64,000 bases of DNA from a virus. Taxonomy: Duplodnaviria; Caudoviricetes. Shown here piece after piece: positions 30,712 through 40,152 of the stretch. Within the stretch, counting starts at the first letter, position 1; each line of letters opens with the position of its first letter. The notes beneath the pieces are model-generated. The model did not search any database. It was not told where the DNA came from and saw only the letters and a list, made by a program, of their open reading frames with translations. The position numbers and the translations under genes were made by a program. The stretch lies in the IMG/VR virus record IMGVR_UViG_3300030330_005258, positions 90,578 through 154,577 of that record; one strand, 5' to 3'.

Positions 30712-31226
30712 AAATCAAAAAGTCAGAGCTACTCGCTCTAATCAAAGAAGAAATTATGAAAGAAGCGCCCTTCGGTCGTGGTATGACAATGATGGACGAC
30801 CCGTATGACGAAATTGAACCAGAGCCAGCCTCCATGCAGAGCGGTGGGGCAATGGATCAGGCTTTCCAGTATATCTTGACCGATGTTGAAAAAAGCCTAG
30901 ACTTCCCAGCCGGTGCTCTTGTTAACTACCTTGTCACACAAAACCCGGAGGCAAGCCCCGAAGCTGTCGGACAAATGGCAGTACAAACCTTAGAAGTTCT
31001 CGGAATGAATTTTCCAACTGAGCGCGCTGTTGAAGAACACATCAACAGAGAGATGGACGACAGAGAAGCCGACATGATGCAAGAAGGCATGGAAGGTATC
31101 AACCCCGAGAACATGCAACTTGTAGCGGACGCCCTACAGAAGATGGCACCGCTAATTGGTGTTATGTCGTTGCCAGTTCTTATTGGACTTATCTATGAGC
31201 AACTTCGCGGCATGGGCGCCAAATGA
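30708..31226 (+). CDS. Leader-family cargo protein with C-terminal hydrophobic helix
   Basis: MKIKKSELLALIKEEIMKE; C-terminal APLIGVMSLPVLIGLIY. Confidence 0.55.
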   Translation: MKIKKSELLALIKEEIMKEAPFGRGMTMMDDPYDEIEPEPASMQSGGAMDQAFQYILTDVEKSLDFPAGALVNYLVTQNPEASPEAVGQMAVQTLEVLGMNFPTERAVEEHINREMDDREADMMQEGMEGINPENMQLVADALQKMAPLIGVMSLPVLIGLIYEQLRGMGAK

Positions 31227-31426
31227 TGAGTAAAGAACAAAAGCAAGCACTACTCGACAGAGGCATACAAAAACTAACTTCCCGCAAACTACTTGTGTGG
31301 CTTACTGCCACAGGTCTTATGATGTGGGGCGGACTAGAATCAGCAGACTGGGTTATCATATCTGGTCTTTATCTCGGTGGTCAATCCGTAATTGATGCTA
31401 TTGTAAAATTAAAAGGACTAGAATAA
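31223..31426 (+). CDS. Putative holin
   Basis: 67 aa, Met-Met start, TSRKL followed by two hydrophobic helices and a charged C-terminus. Confidence 0.5.
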   Translation: MMSKEQKQALLDRGIQKLTSRKLLVWLTATGLMMWGGLESADWVIISGLYLGGQSVIDAIVKLKGLE

Positions 31427-31442
31427 GTTGAAAGACCAAACA

Positions 31443-31949
31443 ATGAAGATTACAAAGACTAGATTAAAAAAAATTATCAAAGAAGAACTTGATATAGTTT
31501 TAAAGGAATACCTAACTATGGAAGATGCCCCACGCTATTTTGCTGGGAAAGCCATAGGCGCCCTTAAAGCAGCACGAGAAATGTCCAATCGTTTCGCAAC
31601 AGCAAAAGGTTATGCAGCAAAAGGTCAGTCAATCCGTAAATCAGAACTTGGAAAACTTGAAAAGGAAGTTGGCGGCACTGCCAGAGATTACTGCCGCGAG
31701 GTCGGCAAAGAATTCTATAGAATAGCAGACCAGATGTCTTCAGCAATGGCTTACAAGTCAGGTGCTGACTTTGCTGATTTTGAACCTAGACTAAAAGAAA
31801 TAGGAAAAAAATTAATTTCAGCCTCAAATGCAATGATAACCGCCCCCGAAGGTGGCGCCAAAGAATTTAAAAAAGCAGTAGATCAATTATCTCCCGAATT
31901 TGATGACCTTATTAAGATTGGTTATGAAATTATTGAAGCCAACTCTTGA
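31443..31949 (+). CDS. MKITK-leader cargo protein (helical)
   Basis: ATG at 31443: MKITKTRLKKIIKEELDIVLKE. Confidence 0.6.
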   Translation: MKITKTRLKKIIKEELDIVLKEYLTMEDAPRYFAGKAIGALKAAREMSNRFATAKGYAAKGQSIRKSELGKLEKEVGGTARDYCREVGKEFYRIADQMSSAMAYKSGADFADFEPRLKEIGKKLISASNAMITAPEGGAKEFKKAVDQLSPEFDDLIKIGYEIIEANS

Positions 31950-31952
31950 AGT

Positions 31953-32339
31953 ATGAATCTGAAACAAAAAATACTATCTTTTTGTCTAAAACACTGGAAG
32001 GAGATCGGGCTTGTCCTGCTCCTTCTTGTTGTATTTGGCAAGTCGCAGTATGATGTACGCAACATTATCAAAGCACACGAGATTGCCGAGCAGTCCTTGA
32101 AGGATCAGATAAGCACCTTACAATCCCTCCACACCGAAGAGTTGCGCTTACGCGATGAAGCCCTTGAACAATATCGCATAGAGATAGAAGAGTTAGAGTT
32201 GGAATACGAAGCACGACAAGCCGAGATAAAGGACTTAACGAGAGCAGAAAAAGAAGTTATAATAAAAGAGTTCAAACAAGACAAGGCTCTGATTATACAG
32301 CGCTTTGAAGAGACCTACGGATTAAGATATGTTGAATAG
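31953..32339 (+). CDS. i-spanin-like protein (N-terminal TM plus coiled coil)
   Basis: EIGLVLLLLVVF TM segment followed by a long helical charged region; near the holin-like gene. Confidence 0.45.
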   Translation: MNLKQKILSFCLKHWKEIGLVLLLLVVFGKSQYDVRNIIKAHEIAEQSLKDQISTLQSLHTEELRLRDEALEQYRIEIEELELEYEARQAEIKDLTRAEKEVIIKEFKQDKALIIQRFEETYGLRYVE

Positions 32340-32739
32340 CCTAATGTTGCTTGCTTTACTCTCGACCGCAAGCGCCGAGGACTTTACAGTCCTCGCAGAA
32401 GACCAGCCCGCCCCATTTGAGGGCGTTCTGCTTAGCGTGCCTGCTGCCGCAGAGATATTGACAAAGCACGAGGAAGCAAAGCTGAAGTGCGATCTTGAAG
32501 TAGAGTTTCAACTTGACAAGGCAGCCTCTCAATGCAAACTTGATAAGGAACTTCTTGAAGCACGCATAGTCACACTTGACCAACAACACGCCGAGATTGT
32601 GGCGTCAAAAGATCTTGTGATCGAAAAGCAGCAAGCGATTATTAAGAAGCAAGCACCACATCGTAAGTGGCTTTGGTTCGCAGGTGGCGTTGTGCTTGGC
32701 GGCGCTACTTACTACGGCATTCAGCAGGCGGCTAAATGA
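32329..32739 (+). CDS. Exported coiled-coil protein with C-terminal hydrophobic anchor (spanin partner-like)
   Basis: Signal peptide MLNSLMLLALLSTASA, coiled coil, C-terminal WLWFAGGVVLGGATYYGI. Overlaps the previous gene. Confidence 0.45.
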   Translation: MLNSLMLLALLSTASAEDFTVLAEDQPAPFEGVLLSVPAAAEILTKHEEAKLKCDLEVEFQLDKAASQCKLDKELLEARIVTLDQQHAEIVASKDLVIEKQQAIIKKQAPHRKWLWFAGGVVLGGATYYGIQQAAK

Positions 32740-33116
32740 GCAAAGACCCAGATTACATTGTTAGAGTAGAGCAAGCCATCGCCAAGAAGTATGGTGAAGA
32801 AGCAATCCAGAATCCCAAAGCAGAATGGGACGAGAATAAAGAGAAAGTTTATCTGGAACAGATGCGAGAACTCTACAAGAAGCAAAAGAAAAACGACGAA
32901 GCCAACGATAAAGTAGAAGTAAATGGTATAAAGGTTTCAAGAAAACTACTTAATAGAGAATCCAAGACAGGGTGTCCTGTTTGTGGTGCCTTCTCACATT
33001 CCGCCCGTGATGACGTATCGCTCGTAAAGTTTGGCTGCTGCTACAAGTGTTATATCAAGTGGGTTGAAGGAAGGGAAGAAAGATGGCAAAAAGGATGGAG
33101 ACCAAATGAAGGCTGA
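32736..33116 (+). CDS. Zn-finger hypothetical protein
   Basis: CPVC...CYKC; C-terminal VEGREERW..GWRP. Confidence 0.6.
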   Translation: MSKDPDYIVRVEQAIAKKYGEEAIQNPKAEWDENKEKVYLEQMRELYKKQKKNDEANDKVEVNGIKVSRKLLNRESKTGCPVCGAFSHSARDDVSLVKFGCCYKCYIKWVEGREERWQKGWRPNEG

Positions 33117-33417
33117 CGAATTAAGAGAACTAATCAGAGAAGTTTTGAAAGAACAAGAAAAAGAAGAAACTCCGACTGACGATAAGAAGGCAACCAAACT
33201 TAAGACTGGTTCGATGTCTGGCTCTCAACGACTAAAAAAGTCAAGAGAAAGAATCACCGACACATCAAACGAATTCACTCCACAAGAACAAAAGATTGTA
33301 GATCAGCTTGAAAAGTTTATTTCCGATCTCGCAGCCAAAGAAGGAATAGATCTCCTACAACATAGAGCTTTCTTAGAGAAAGCTATGAAATTAATTCAAC
33401 AAAGAATTGTAAAATAA
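33106..33417 (+). CDS. Leader-family small protein
   Basis: ATG at 33106 after GGAG. MKADELRELIREVLKE is a leader variant. Confidence 0.55.
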   Translation: MKADELRELIREVLKEQEKEETPTDDKKATKLKTGSMSGSQRLKKSRERITDTSNEFTPQEQKIVDQLEKFISDLAAKEGIDLLQHRAFLEKAMKLIQQRIVK

Positions 33418-33423
33418 AAACCA

Positions 33424-33431
33424 ACTATTTA
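33424..33431 (+). promoter_or_regulatory. Putative late-promoter box ACTATTTA
   Basis: Exact motif 26 nt before 33450, heading the terminase-portal unit. Confidence 0.65.
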
Positions 33432-33449
33432 TTTCAAAGGAATACCACA

Positions 33450-33998
33450 ATGGCAACAGTTTACGAAATCGTCCAGGCGCTATCACAAGCCGCAGCAAAC
33501 GCCTATGACGGAGCACATGATGCGGACGGCAAGCCAATCCAAGCAGGTCTACAGCGGGAAGAAGGCGAGCCACTCATTGACAAGCGCGTCATGGACGGCT
33601 TCAATGTTAGATTCCACGGTAACATCATGCGTCTATCCTACATGTCCGAAGTTCACCTAAAAGAAGTATATGCTAACGGCTTTGAGTCTGATATAGAACA
33701 GCGCATGGCTGACATTGTAAAGTTTCTGAAGAAAGAAGCCCGAAAGGCTGGCGGCGGATCTATCTCACTCGCTAAAGAGGGAGAGATTGATATCCGTGTT
33801 GAAAATTCTTCAAGAGTCCGTTCTTGGGTAACAGCCGTTATGGATTACAAGATTGGCGGCATGGAAGCGGCATCTGTCGTTGGCGAAGCAACTGAAGATA
33901 AGCTCGCCGCAGGTTGGGAAAAGTTCATGTCACAGGGCGGACTTGGTACCCGTCCTCCAAATGACAAGAGACCAGCAAACTCTGGCAAGAAAGAATAA
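33450..33998 (+). CDS. Hypothetical protein upstream of terminase
   Basis: 182-aa ORF with AAGGA SD. Confidence 0.65.
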   Translation: MATVYEIVQALSQAAANAYDGAHDADGKPIQAGLQREEGEPLIDKRVMDGFNVRFHGNIMRLSYMSEVHLKEVYANGFESDIEQRMADIVKFLKKEARKAGGGSISLAKEGEIDIRVENSSRVRSWVTAVMDYKIGGMEAASVVGEATEDKLAAGWEKFMSQGGLGTRPPNDKRPANSGKKE

Positions 33999-34008
33999 AG
34001 AAAGATGA

Positions 34009-35589
34009 ATGCCAAGATTAACGAAACAACAAATACTCAAAGAAGTTGTTAAGTGCGGTAAAGATCCTTCCTACTTCCTGAAAAACTATGCCCGCATCTC
34101 TCACCCGATGCACGGGCTTATGTTGTTTAAGACATACGATTATCAGGATAAGCTACTAGACGACTTTAACGACTATCGATTTAACATCATTAACAAGGGT
34201 CGCCAGCTAGGCATCTCAACAATTACGGCTGGCTACATTGTTTGGATGATGCTGTTTCATCGCGACAAGGCTATTCTTGTTATGGCAACCAAGTTTGATA
34301 CCGCAGGTAACTTGGTTCGTAAAGTCAAGAATATCATGAAGAACCTTCCTGACTGGATCAGGATCGCAAACATTACAACTGACAACCGCACGTCCTTTGA
34401 GTTGTCCAACGGCTCCACCATCAAGGCTGCTTCTACCTCTGGCGATGCTGGTCGTTCAGAGGCTCTATCGCTTCTTGTTCTTGACGAGGCTGCCCACATT
34501 GAAGGCTTGGACGAACTTTGGACTGGTCTATACCCAACGCTATCAACTGGTGGTCGCTGTATTGCTATCTCAACTCCAAATGGTGTTGGTAACTGGTTTC
34601 ACAAAACTTGTACAGGTGCCGAGAGTAATGAAAATAATTTTAACCTCACTACCCTTATGTGGGATGTACACCCAGATAGAGACGAAGAATGGTTCAAAAA
34701 AGAAACCAAGAATATGTCCAAACGCCAGATTGCACAGGAGTTGGAGTGTAACTTCAACACGTCTGGTGAAACTGTCATAGATCCGTCAGGTATTGACTGG
34801 ATGATGTCGTTGGTGCGAGAACCAAAGCACAGAACTGGATTCGACAGAAACTTTTGGATTTGGGAAGAGTACGATCCAACTTGCAACTATCTTCTTGCAG
34901 CCGATGTGGCAAGAGGCGACGGTGCAGATAGCTCTACGTTTCACATTCTAAAACTTGAAACGATGGAGATTATTGGAGAATACCAGGGTAAACCAACACC
35001 CGACCTGTATGCCAATATGCTAAACCAAGTTGGTAGAGAGTTTGGCAATGCGATGATGGTTGTAGAAAACAATTCTATTGGTTATACAGTGATCGATAAA
35101 CTTATAGAGTATGGCTATCCTAATCTTTATTATTCAATCAAATCTACACACGAGTATATAGACCAGCACTTGGGCGAACACAGAAGCGGAGCGATTGCCG
35201 GATTCTCCACTACAACCAAGACTAGACCCCTGATTGTAGCCAAGTTGGAAGAGTTTATAAGAAACAAACTAATTAAGACGTATTCCTCACGTTTGGCAAA
35301 TGAATTTAGAACATTTATTTGGAACAACGGGAAACCACAAGCAATGCGAGGGTATAACGATGATTTGGTAATGGCTCTTGCGATTTGTTGTTGGGTCCGA
35401 GACACAGCAATACAATCAAACTCCCGAGACCTAAATTACCAAAAAGCTTTTGTTGATGCTATTATGACTTCTAGAACAACGTTGAACACCCAGATAAAGG
35501 GACAAATTGGCTACACAGGAGAAGACACAACTAGTAAAATGAACGAAGCAAAAAATCTATACTCCCAATATATGTGGATAATTAAGTGA
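34009..35589 (+). CDS. terL: Terminase large subunit (T4 gp17-like)
   Basis: Walker A KGRQLGIST, Walker B LLVLDEAAH, motif III ISTPNG, nuclease ADVARGDGAD, VENN and NDDLVMA. Confidence 0.95.
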   Translation: MPRLTKQQILKEVVKCGKDPSYFLKNYARISHPMHGLMLFKTYDYQDKLLDDFNDYRFNIINKGRQLGISTITAGYIVWMMLFHRDKAILVMATKFDTAGNLVRKVKNIMKNLPDWIRIANITTDNRTSFELSNGSTIKAASTSGDAGRSEALSLLVLDEAAHIEGLDELWTGLYPTLSTGGRCIAISTPNGVGNWFHKTCTGAESNENNFNLTTLMWDVHPDRDEEWFKKETKNMSKRQIAQELECNFNTSGETVIDPSGIDWMMSLVREPKHRTGFDRNFWIWEEYDPTCNYLLAADVARGDGADSSTFHILKLETMEIIGEYQGKPTPDLYANMLNQVGREFGNAMMVVENNSIGYTVIDKLIEYGYPNLYYSIKSTHEYIDQHLGEHRSGAIAGFSTTTKTRPLIVAKLEEFIRNKLIKTYSSRLANEFRTFIWNNGKPQAMRGYNDDLVMALAICCWVRDTAIQSNSRDLNYQKAFVDAIMTSRTTLNTQIKGQIGYTGEDTTSKMNEAKNLYSQYMWIIK

Positions 35590-35597
35590 GAAACTAA

Positions 35598-37598
35598 ATG
35601 GCACCTAAAAACCCAAAGCAAGGCAAGAACCCTGCAAACAGAGATTCGCAATTATTCAGATCTCTTACTCGACTGTTCTCTGGACCTATTATCAGCTATC
35701 GCTCCGAGTCTGGTCGAAAGATACGCAGACAACATCTTGATAAATATTCTACAAGATTTAAATCTGCGTCAGGGCAGCAATTTAAAAAACAGTCCTATAA
35801 CCCACTAGACACAATTGCGGCAAATGCAATCGCAAACCAACGCAGGTCCGAGCGTTATATTGACTTTGACCAGATGGAGTATATGCCCGAGCTAGCTTCT
35901 GCCCTTGACATCTACGCAGACGAGATGACAACATTCTCTTCTCTTTCTCCGATGCTCAACATCAGATGCCGCAACGATGAAATCAAGGCTGTTCTAGATA
36001 TTCTCTACCATAACGTGATGAACATTGAACACAACCTCTTTGGTTGGTGCCGCACAATGTGCAAGTACGGAGACTTCATTCTATATCTTGATATTGATGA
36101 CGAGATAGGTGTTCAGTCTACAATTGCCATACCACTGCAAGAGATTGAGAGATTAGAAGGTCTTGACGCCACAAATCCGAATTACATCCAGTATCAGTGG
36201 AATTCTGCTGGCATGACGTTTGAGAACTGGCAGATTGCTCACTTCCGCATTCTTGGTAACGACAAGTATTCTCCATACGGCACTTCTGTTCTTGAGCCTG
36301 CGCGTCGTATCTGGCGACAGCTTACCCTAATGGAAGACGCAATGATGGCTTATCGTATTGTTCGTTCATCCGAGCGTAAAGTATTCAAGATTGATGTTGG
36401 CGCCATTCCACCACAAGAAGTCGAACAATACATGCAGAAGATTGTTACCCAGTTGAAGCGTCACACAATTGTAGACAAGGACACTGGGCGCATCGACCTG
36501 CGCTACAACCCGCTCTCTATTGAAGAGGACTACTATATTCCTGTTCGTGCTGGCTCTGTGACTGATATTCAGAACCTCGGAGCAGGACAGAACACAACCG
36601 CGATTGACGACATCAAGTATCTTCGCGACAAGTTGTTCTCAGCTATCAAGATTCCACAAACCTACTTGACCATGGGCGAAGGCGCACAGGAAGATAAAAC
36701 TACCCTTGCTACTAAGGACATACGATTCGCTCGCACAATTCAGCGCCTACAGCGTTCAGTCCTACACGAGCTAGAAAAGATTGGAATTATTCATCTTTAT
36801 ACTCTCGGCTACAGAGGCGAAGATCTACTAAACTTCAAGCTGTCTCTCAACAACCCAAGTAAGATTGCTGAGTTGCAAGAGCTTGAACACTGGAAGACCA
36901 AGTTCGATATTGCTGCATCTGCAACTGAAGGCTATTTCTCACGTCGCTGGGTTGCTGACAATATCTTTGGCATGTCCCACGAAGAGTTCCTACGCAACCA
37001 GCGTGAGATGTTCTACGACCGCAAGCACGACACCGCACTTGAGGGTGTTGCTGAAGCTGCTGCCGCAGGCGGCGGCGAAGCTGGTGGTGGTGGACTTGAC
37101 CTCGGTGGCGACGAAGGTGGTGGCGGTCTTGATCTTGGTGGCGGTGACGAAGGTGGTGGAGAACTTGACCTCGGTGGAGACGAAGGCGGCGATGAAGGTG
37201 GTGGCGAAGACACCGCGCTTCTAGCAGCCCCTCCAGGCTCCCGTGACTCACCACGATTGGCACCATCACTCGGCAAGCGCGCGAGATCAGGTAAGAAATA
37301 TGTGACTAAGGGCTCTAAAGGCAAAGTTTATCAAAAGGTCGCAACAGACAAGAGACCATCCGGGGCAAGAACTCGCAACTACGCAAGTATCCCAACCCCC
37401 GAAATGAACACCTATCGGTCAAACAACCACGGTGCGTCAGAACTAAGATCACTCGCTAGGGGCATTTATGAAGAGCAAGACCCTAATTACTTGCGAGACC
37501 AAGAGGAAGAGCAATCTCTCCTTGAAGTTAACAGTTCAGTAAAGATGCTTATTGAGAGCCTAGAAACAAAGACTACGGAGAATGATAATGAAAAATAG
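35598..37598 (+). CDS. Portal protein (T4 gp20-like) with Gly/Asp-rich C-terminal extension
   Basis: LMEDAMMAYRIVRSSERKVFKIDVG, EDYYIPVR, DDIKYLRDKLFSAIKIP and DIRFARTIQRLQ are gp20 motifs. Confidence 0.93.
   Translation: MAPKNPKQGKNPANRDSQLFRSLTRLFSGPIISYRSESGRKIRRQHLDKYSTRFKSASGQQFKKQSYNPLDTIAANAIANQRRSERYIDFDQMEYMPELASALDIYADEMTTFSSLSPMLNIRCRNDEIKAVLDILYHNVMNIEHNLFGWCRTMCKYGDFILYLDIDDEIGVQSTIAIPLQEIERLEGLDATNPNYIQYQWNSAGMTFENWQIAHFRILGNDKYSPYGTSVLEPARRIWRQLTLMEDAMMAYRIVRSSERKVFKIDVGAIPPQEVEQYMQKIVTQLKRHTIVDKDTGRIDLRYNPLSIEEDYYIPVRAGSVTDIQNLGAGQNTTAIDDIKYLRDKLFSAIKIPQTYLTMGEGAQEDKTTLATKDIRFARTIQRLQRSVLHELEKIGIIHLYTLGYRGEDLLNFKLSLNNPSKIAELQELEHWKTKFDIAASATEGYFSRRWVADNIFGMSHEEFLRNQREMFYDRKHDTALEGVAEAAAAGGGEAGGGGLDLGGDEGGGGLDLGGGDEGGGELDLGGDEGGDEGGGEDTALLAAPPGSRDSPRLAPSLGKRARSGKKYVTKGSKGKVYQKVATDKRPSGARTRNYASIPTPEMNTYRSNNHGASELRSLARGIYEEQDPNYLRDQEEEQSLLEVNSSVKMLIESLETKTTENDNEK
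37068..37207 (+). repeat. Gly-rich tandem repeat (GGGG-LDL-GGDE) x3 in the portal C-terminus
   Basis: Three imperfect copies of GGTGGTGG(A/C)..CTTGA(C/T)CT(C/T)GGTGG..GACGAA. Confidence 0.85.
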
Positions 37599-38418
37599 AC
37601 ACAACAAGAAGCGTAACACAGCTTTTGTTTTCGAGGCTCTATCTCGTGAAGCGACTGTTGCGATCATCAAGGGCGACCACGAGAGAAAAGAAAAAGTAGT
37701 CTCCATTGTTCGCAAGCATTTTACAGGAGACTCTTTACTTAAGAAAGACCTAGAATGCTACCGCTCTTTGTATGAAAATCAGAACCTAGACGAAACCACT
37801 AGCAAAAAAATTGTAGAGGCTGTGCTGGCTGCTAAGCGCCTTATTGACCCCGATGGATTGTTCAAGCAACAAACTGAAGTCATCAATGATATCAACAAGG
37901 AACTCAGCCCTGCAACATTCAACAACTTTGTGCCAAACTACAAGTCATTGGCTACTATTGCAAAGATGTTTAATACTAGCTCTCCAAAGCAAAAGGTAAT
38001 GCTTGAAGGCAAAATTCTTGAAGCAATGGCAAGTGCCGTAGACGCAACTCCGCTTGAGCCAATGGACAGCATAACTTTCAGAACTTTTACTAAGAAGTTT
38101 AACGCCAAGTATGGCGACTCTCTTCTACAAGAGCAAAGAGAACTTCTGAACCACTACATTTCATCTTTCTCACACGACGATCTTGAAACCAAGATATATC
38201 TCAACAGAGAGCTTGGTAGATTAAAGCAATCACTATCTGAGGCAGTCGATACCGAAGACATCGCAAACGACCCCGAGATGGTTCGCAAGACAAACGCTGT
38301 GAGAGAAAGGCTTGAGAGTCTTTCAAAAGAAACCAGTTTGAACGAATCCACCCTGTTGACCATTATGAGAACACAGGAGTTAGTAAAGGAAATCTACAAC
38401 GATGCCAGTAACAGTTAG
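37588..38418 (+). CDS. Conserved head-morphogenesis-region protein
   Basis: GGAG 7 nt before the ATG at 37588. HNKKRNT..FE.L N-terminus; directly follows the portal. Confidence 0.6.
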   Translation: MKNRHNKKRNTAFVFEALSREATVAIIKGDHERKEKVVSIVRKHFTGDSLLKKDLECYRSLYENQNLDETTSKKIVEAVLAAKRLIDPDGLFKQQTEVINDINKELSPATFNNFVPNYKSLATIAKMFNTSSPKQKVMLEGKILEAMASAVDATPLEPMDSITFRTFTKKFNAKYGDSLLQEQRELLNHYISSFSHDDLETKIYLNRELGRLKQSLSEAVDTEDIANDPEMVRKTNAVRERLESLSKETSLNESTLLTIMRTQELVKEIYNDASNS

Positions 38419-38974
38419 AATTGTTCCGGTCCCAGAGCCAGTAAAAGTAACAATAAAGCCGAAAACCCCTCCTCCTACTGTAACCCTAGAGCTTGACATT
38501 CGTAAGTCACTAAGTGGCGATCTAATGATTTTTGACCACGGCGATATTGATATTGTTCTTTCCGGCAAGGACAAGAAGATTACTGCTTTTCCAAAGCAAA
38601 CAATGACTGACTTTACATATGGCGCACAGAATAGATTATTTGCTCATCTTGCTCGTAAAGGTATTATTATGCCTGAGTCAATCCAGGGTGCCTCTTACTA
38701 TGGCGCTATGGAAGCGCAGCTACAAGAAGCAGCGGACGGCAAGTTAAACGCTGCCAAGTTTGCGCTTGTAAGTATTGAAAAGTTCATCACAGAAGAAAGA
38801 CCATACTTTGAAAAGGTCGAGGCTGATATTGCTGGATTTGAAGACGAATACACCAACCCCGACAAGACCGACTCTACAGAGCTTGGAGAAGTTCCACAGA
38901 GGGACGAACAAGGTTCTATCCGTAAGGGCTACATCAGAGATCCCTACACATTCTCTTACATGTACACAATCTAG
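38402..38974 (+). CDS. Hypothetical protein
   Basis: 190-aa coupled ORF; C-terminal DSTELGEVP...GS motif. Confidence 0.6.
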   Translation: MPVTVRIVPVPEPVKVTIKPKTPPPTVTLELDIRKSLSGDLMIFDHGDIDIVLSGKDKKITAFPKQTMTDFTYGAQNRLFAHLARKGIIMPESIQGASYYGAMEAQLQEAADGKLNAAKFALVSIEKFITEERPYFEKVEADIAGFEDEYTNPDKTDSTELGEVPQRDEQGSIRKGYIRDPYTFSYMYTI

Positions 38975-38983
38975 GAGCCCACT

Positions 38984-39574
38984 ATGACAAAGAAAATGAA
39001 AGTTATAATGGAAAACTGGGACAGGTTTATATTGCAAGAAGAGTTTGAAGCTTGTGATACTCCATTTAAAGTTGGAGATATGTTAATTGGAGTTGATCTT
39101 GTAAAATACTTAGACGATGAAGCCTTATATCAGGATAGACAAGAGATAATAAATCGATCAGAATATAGACAGTATCTTAAAAAAGGAATACAAATAGGCA
39201 AAGCTATAAAGCCTTTTGCTAGTTTAGTGCTCGCATTGGATGGAGGGGCGACGGCTGCTACACTAGGAGCAGCCGATGCAGCCGGCGGATTTCTTGGTCA
39301 AATGTTTGCCCTTGGCTCTAAAAATGAAGGCGACAACAGATACACTGAATTTTTATCAACCTTTTGTGTTGATAATGAGACACTAGACTTAATTGAAGAT
39401 AAATTTCAACAACAATATGTAACACAGACAGATATTGTAGATAAACTACAAGATTACTTTAAAAATGCAAATCCCGAGTCTCCGCTTCCCGATATCACAG
39501 AACATCTAGTGGAATGGCTAAACACAAAATCTGCTTATGCAGGAAGTGAAGAAACAAAAATGGTGACAAAATGA
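38984..39574 (+). CDS. Cargo-type protein with MKVIMENW..F..QE leader and Gly/Ala hydrophobic hairpin
   Basis: AGGAG SD. Leader ends in LQE. LVLALDGGATAATLGAADAAGGFLG segment; AT-rich. Confidence 0.55.
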   Translation: MTKKMKVIMENWDRFILQEEFEACDTPFKVGDMLIGVDLVKYLDDEALYQDRQEIINRSEYRQYLKKGIQIGKAIKPFASLVLALDGGATAATLGAADAAGGFLGQMFALGSKNEGDNRYTEFLSTFCVDNETLDLIEDKFQQQYVTQTDIVDKLQDYFKNANPESPLPDITEHLVEWLNTKSAYAGSEETKMVTK

Positions 39575-39918
39575 TGGAATTATTATTATTTATACTTATA
39601 GCCTACGGGCTCACACAGATTTTGGTATACAGCGATATGCCAATAATCAAAAGACTGCGACCAGACAAAGAATCTTATAGAGGATACGGCAAAGTTTTCC
39701 ATTGCCCTATGTGTATGGGCTTCCACGTTGGTTGGTTTTTAGTCCTACTTTCTCCTTGGACTGAACTATTTACGTTTGACCCAACTTTTGTTAATGCCTT
39801 TATACTTGGTTGTCTTTCATCTGCGACTTCATATGTTCTCAATATGGTGTTCTCAGATGAAGGAATAATGATAAAGCATAATTACAAAAACGATAATTTT
39901 TTTATAGAGGAAGAATAA
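39571..39918 (+). CDS. DUF1360-like membrane protein (CxxC), C-terminus apparently displaced by an insertion
   Basis: Three hydrophobic helices; FHCPMCMGFHVG. Confidence 0.6.
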   Translation: MMELLLFILIAYGLTQILVYSDMPIIKRLRPDKESYRGYGKVFHCPMCMGFHVGWFLVLLSPWTELFTFDPTFVNAFILGCLSSATSYVLNMVFSDEGIMIKHNYKNDNFFIEEE

Positions 39919-40152
39919 ATGAAGATTACCAAAGCAAGACTAAAAGAAATCATTAAAGAAGAAATTGAAGCCGTTAAGGAAGGACCCCAACGCGCGTTCT
40001 GCATTGGCTACGAAAAAGATGGTGAAACAAAGCACCAGACTGTTCATGCTGACGCTCCCGGAATCGCCGAGAGAAAGATCAAGAGAGAGCACGATGTTCG
40101 TGATAGCGCAATCAAGAGCACAAAAGAAGGGAAGTGTAAAGGTCATGCATAA
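39919..40152 (+). CDS. MKITK-leader mini cargo protein flanked by 9-bp direct repeats
   Basis: GAGG SD; MKITKARLKEIIKEEIEAVKE. GCATAATTA at 39876-39884 and at 40147-40155. Confidence 0.65.
   Translation: MKITKARLKEIIKEEIEAVKEGPQRAFCIGYEKDGETKHQTVHADAPGIAERKIKREHDVRDSAIKSTKEGKCKGHA

Noticed and set aside
1344-35589. Inteins, introns or homing endonucleases in the giant protein, Mre11-Rad50 or terminase
   Set aside because: No intein splice motifs, LAGLIDADG/HNH/GIY-YIG signatures or interrupted frames recognised; terminase and primase are of normal length.
37068-37207. Short repeats resembling a CRISPR array or VNTR
   Set aside because: In-frame Gly-rich coding repeats of the portal with no unique spacers; no cas genes in the window.
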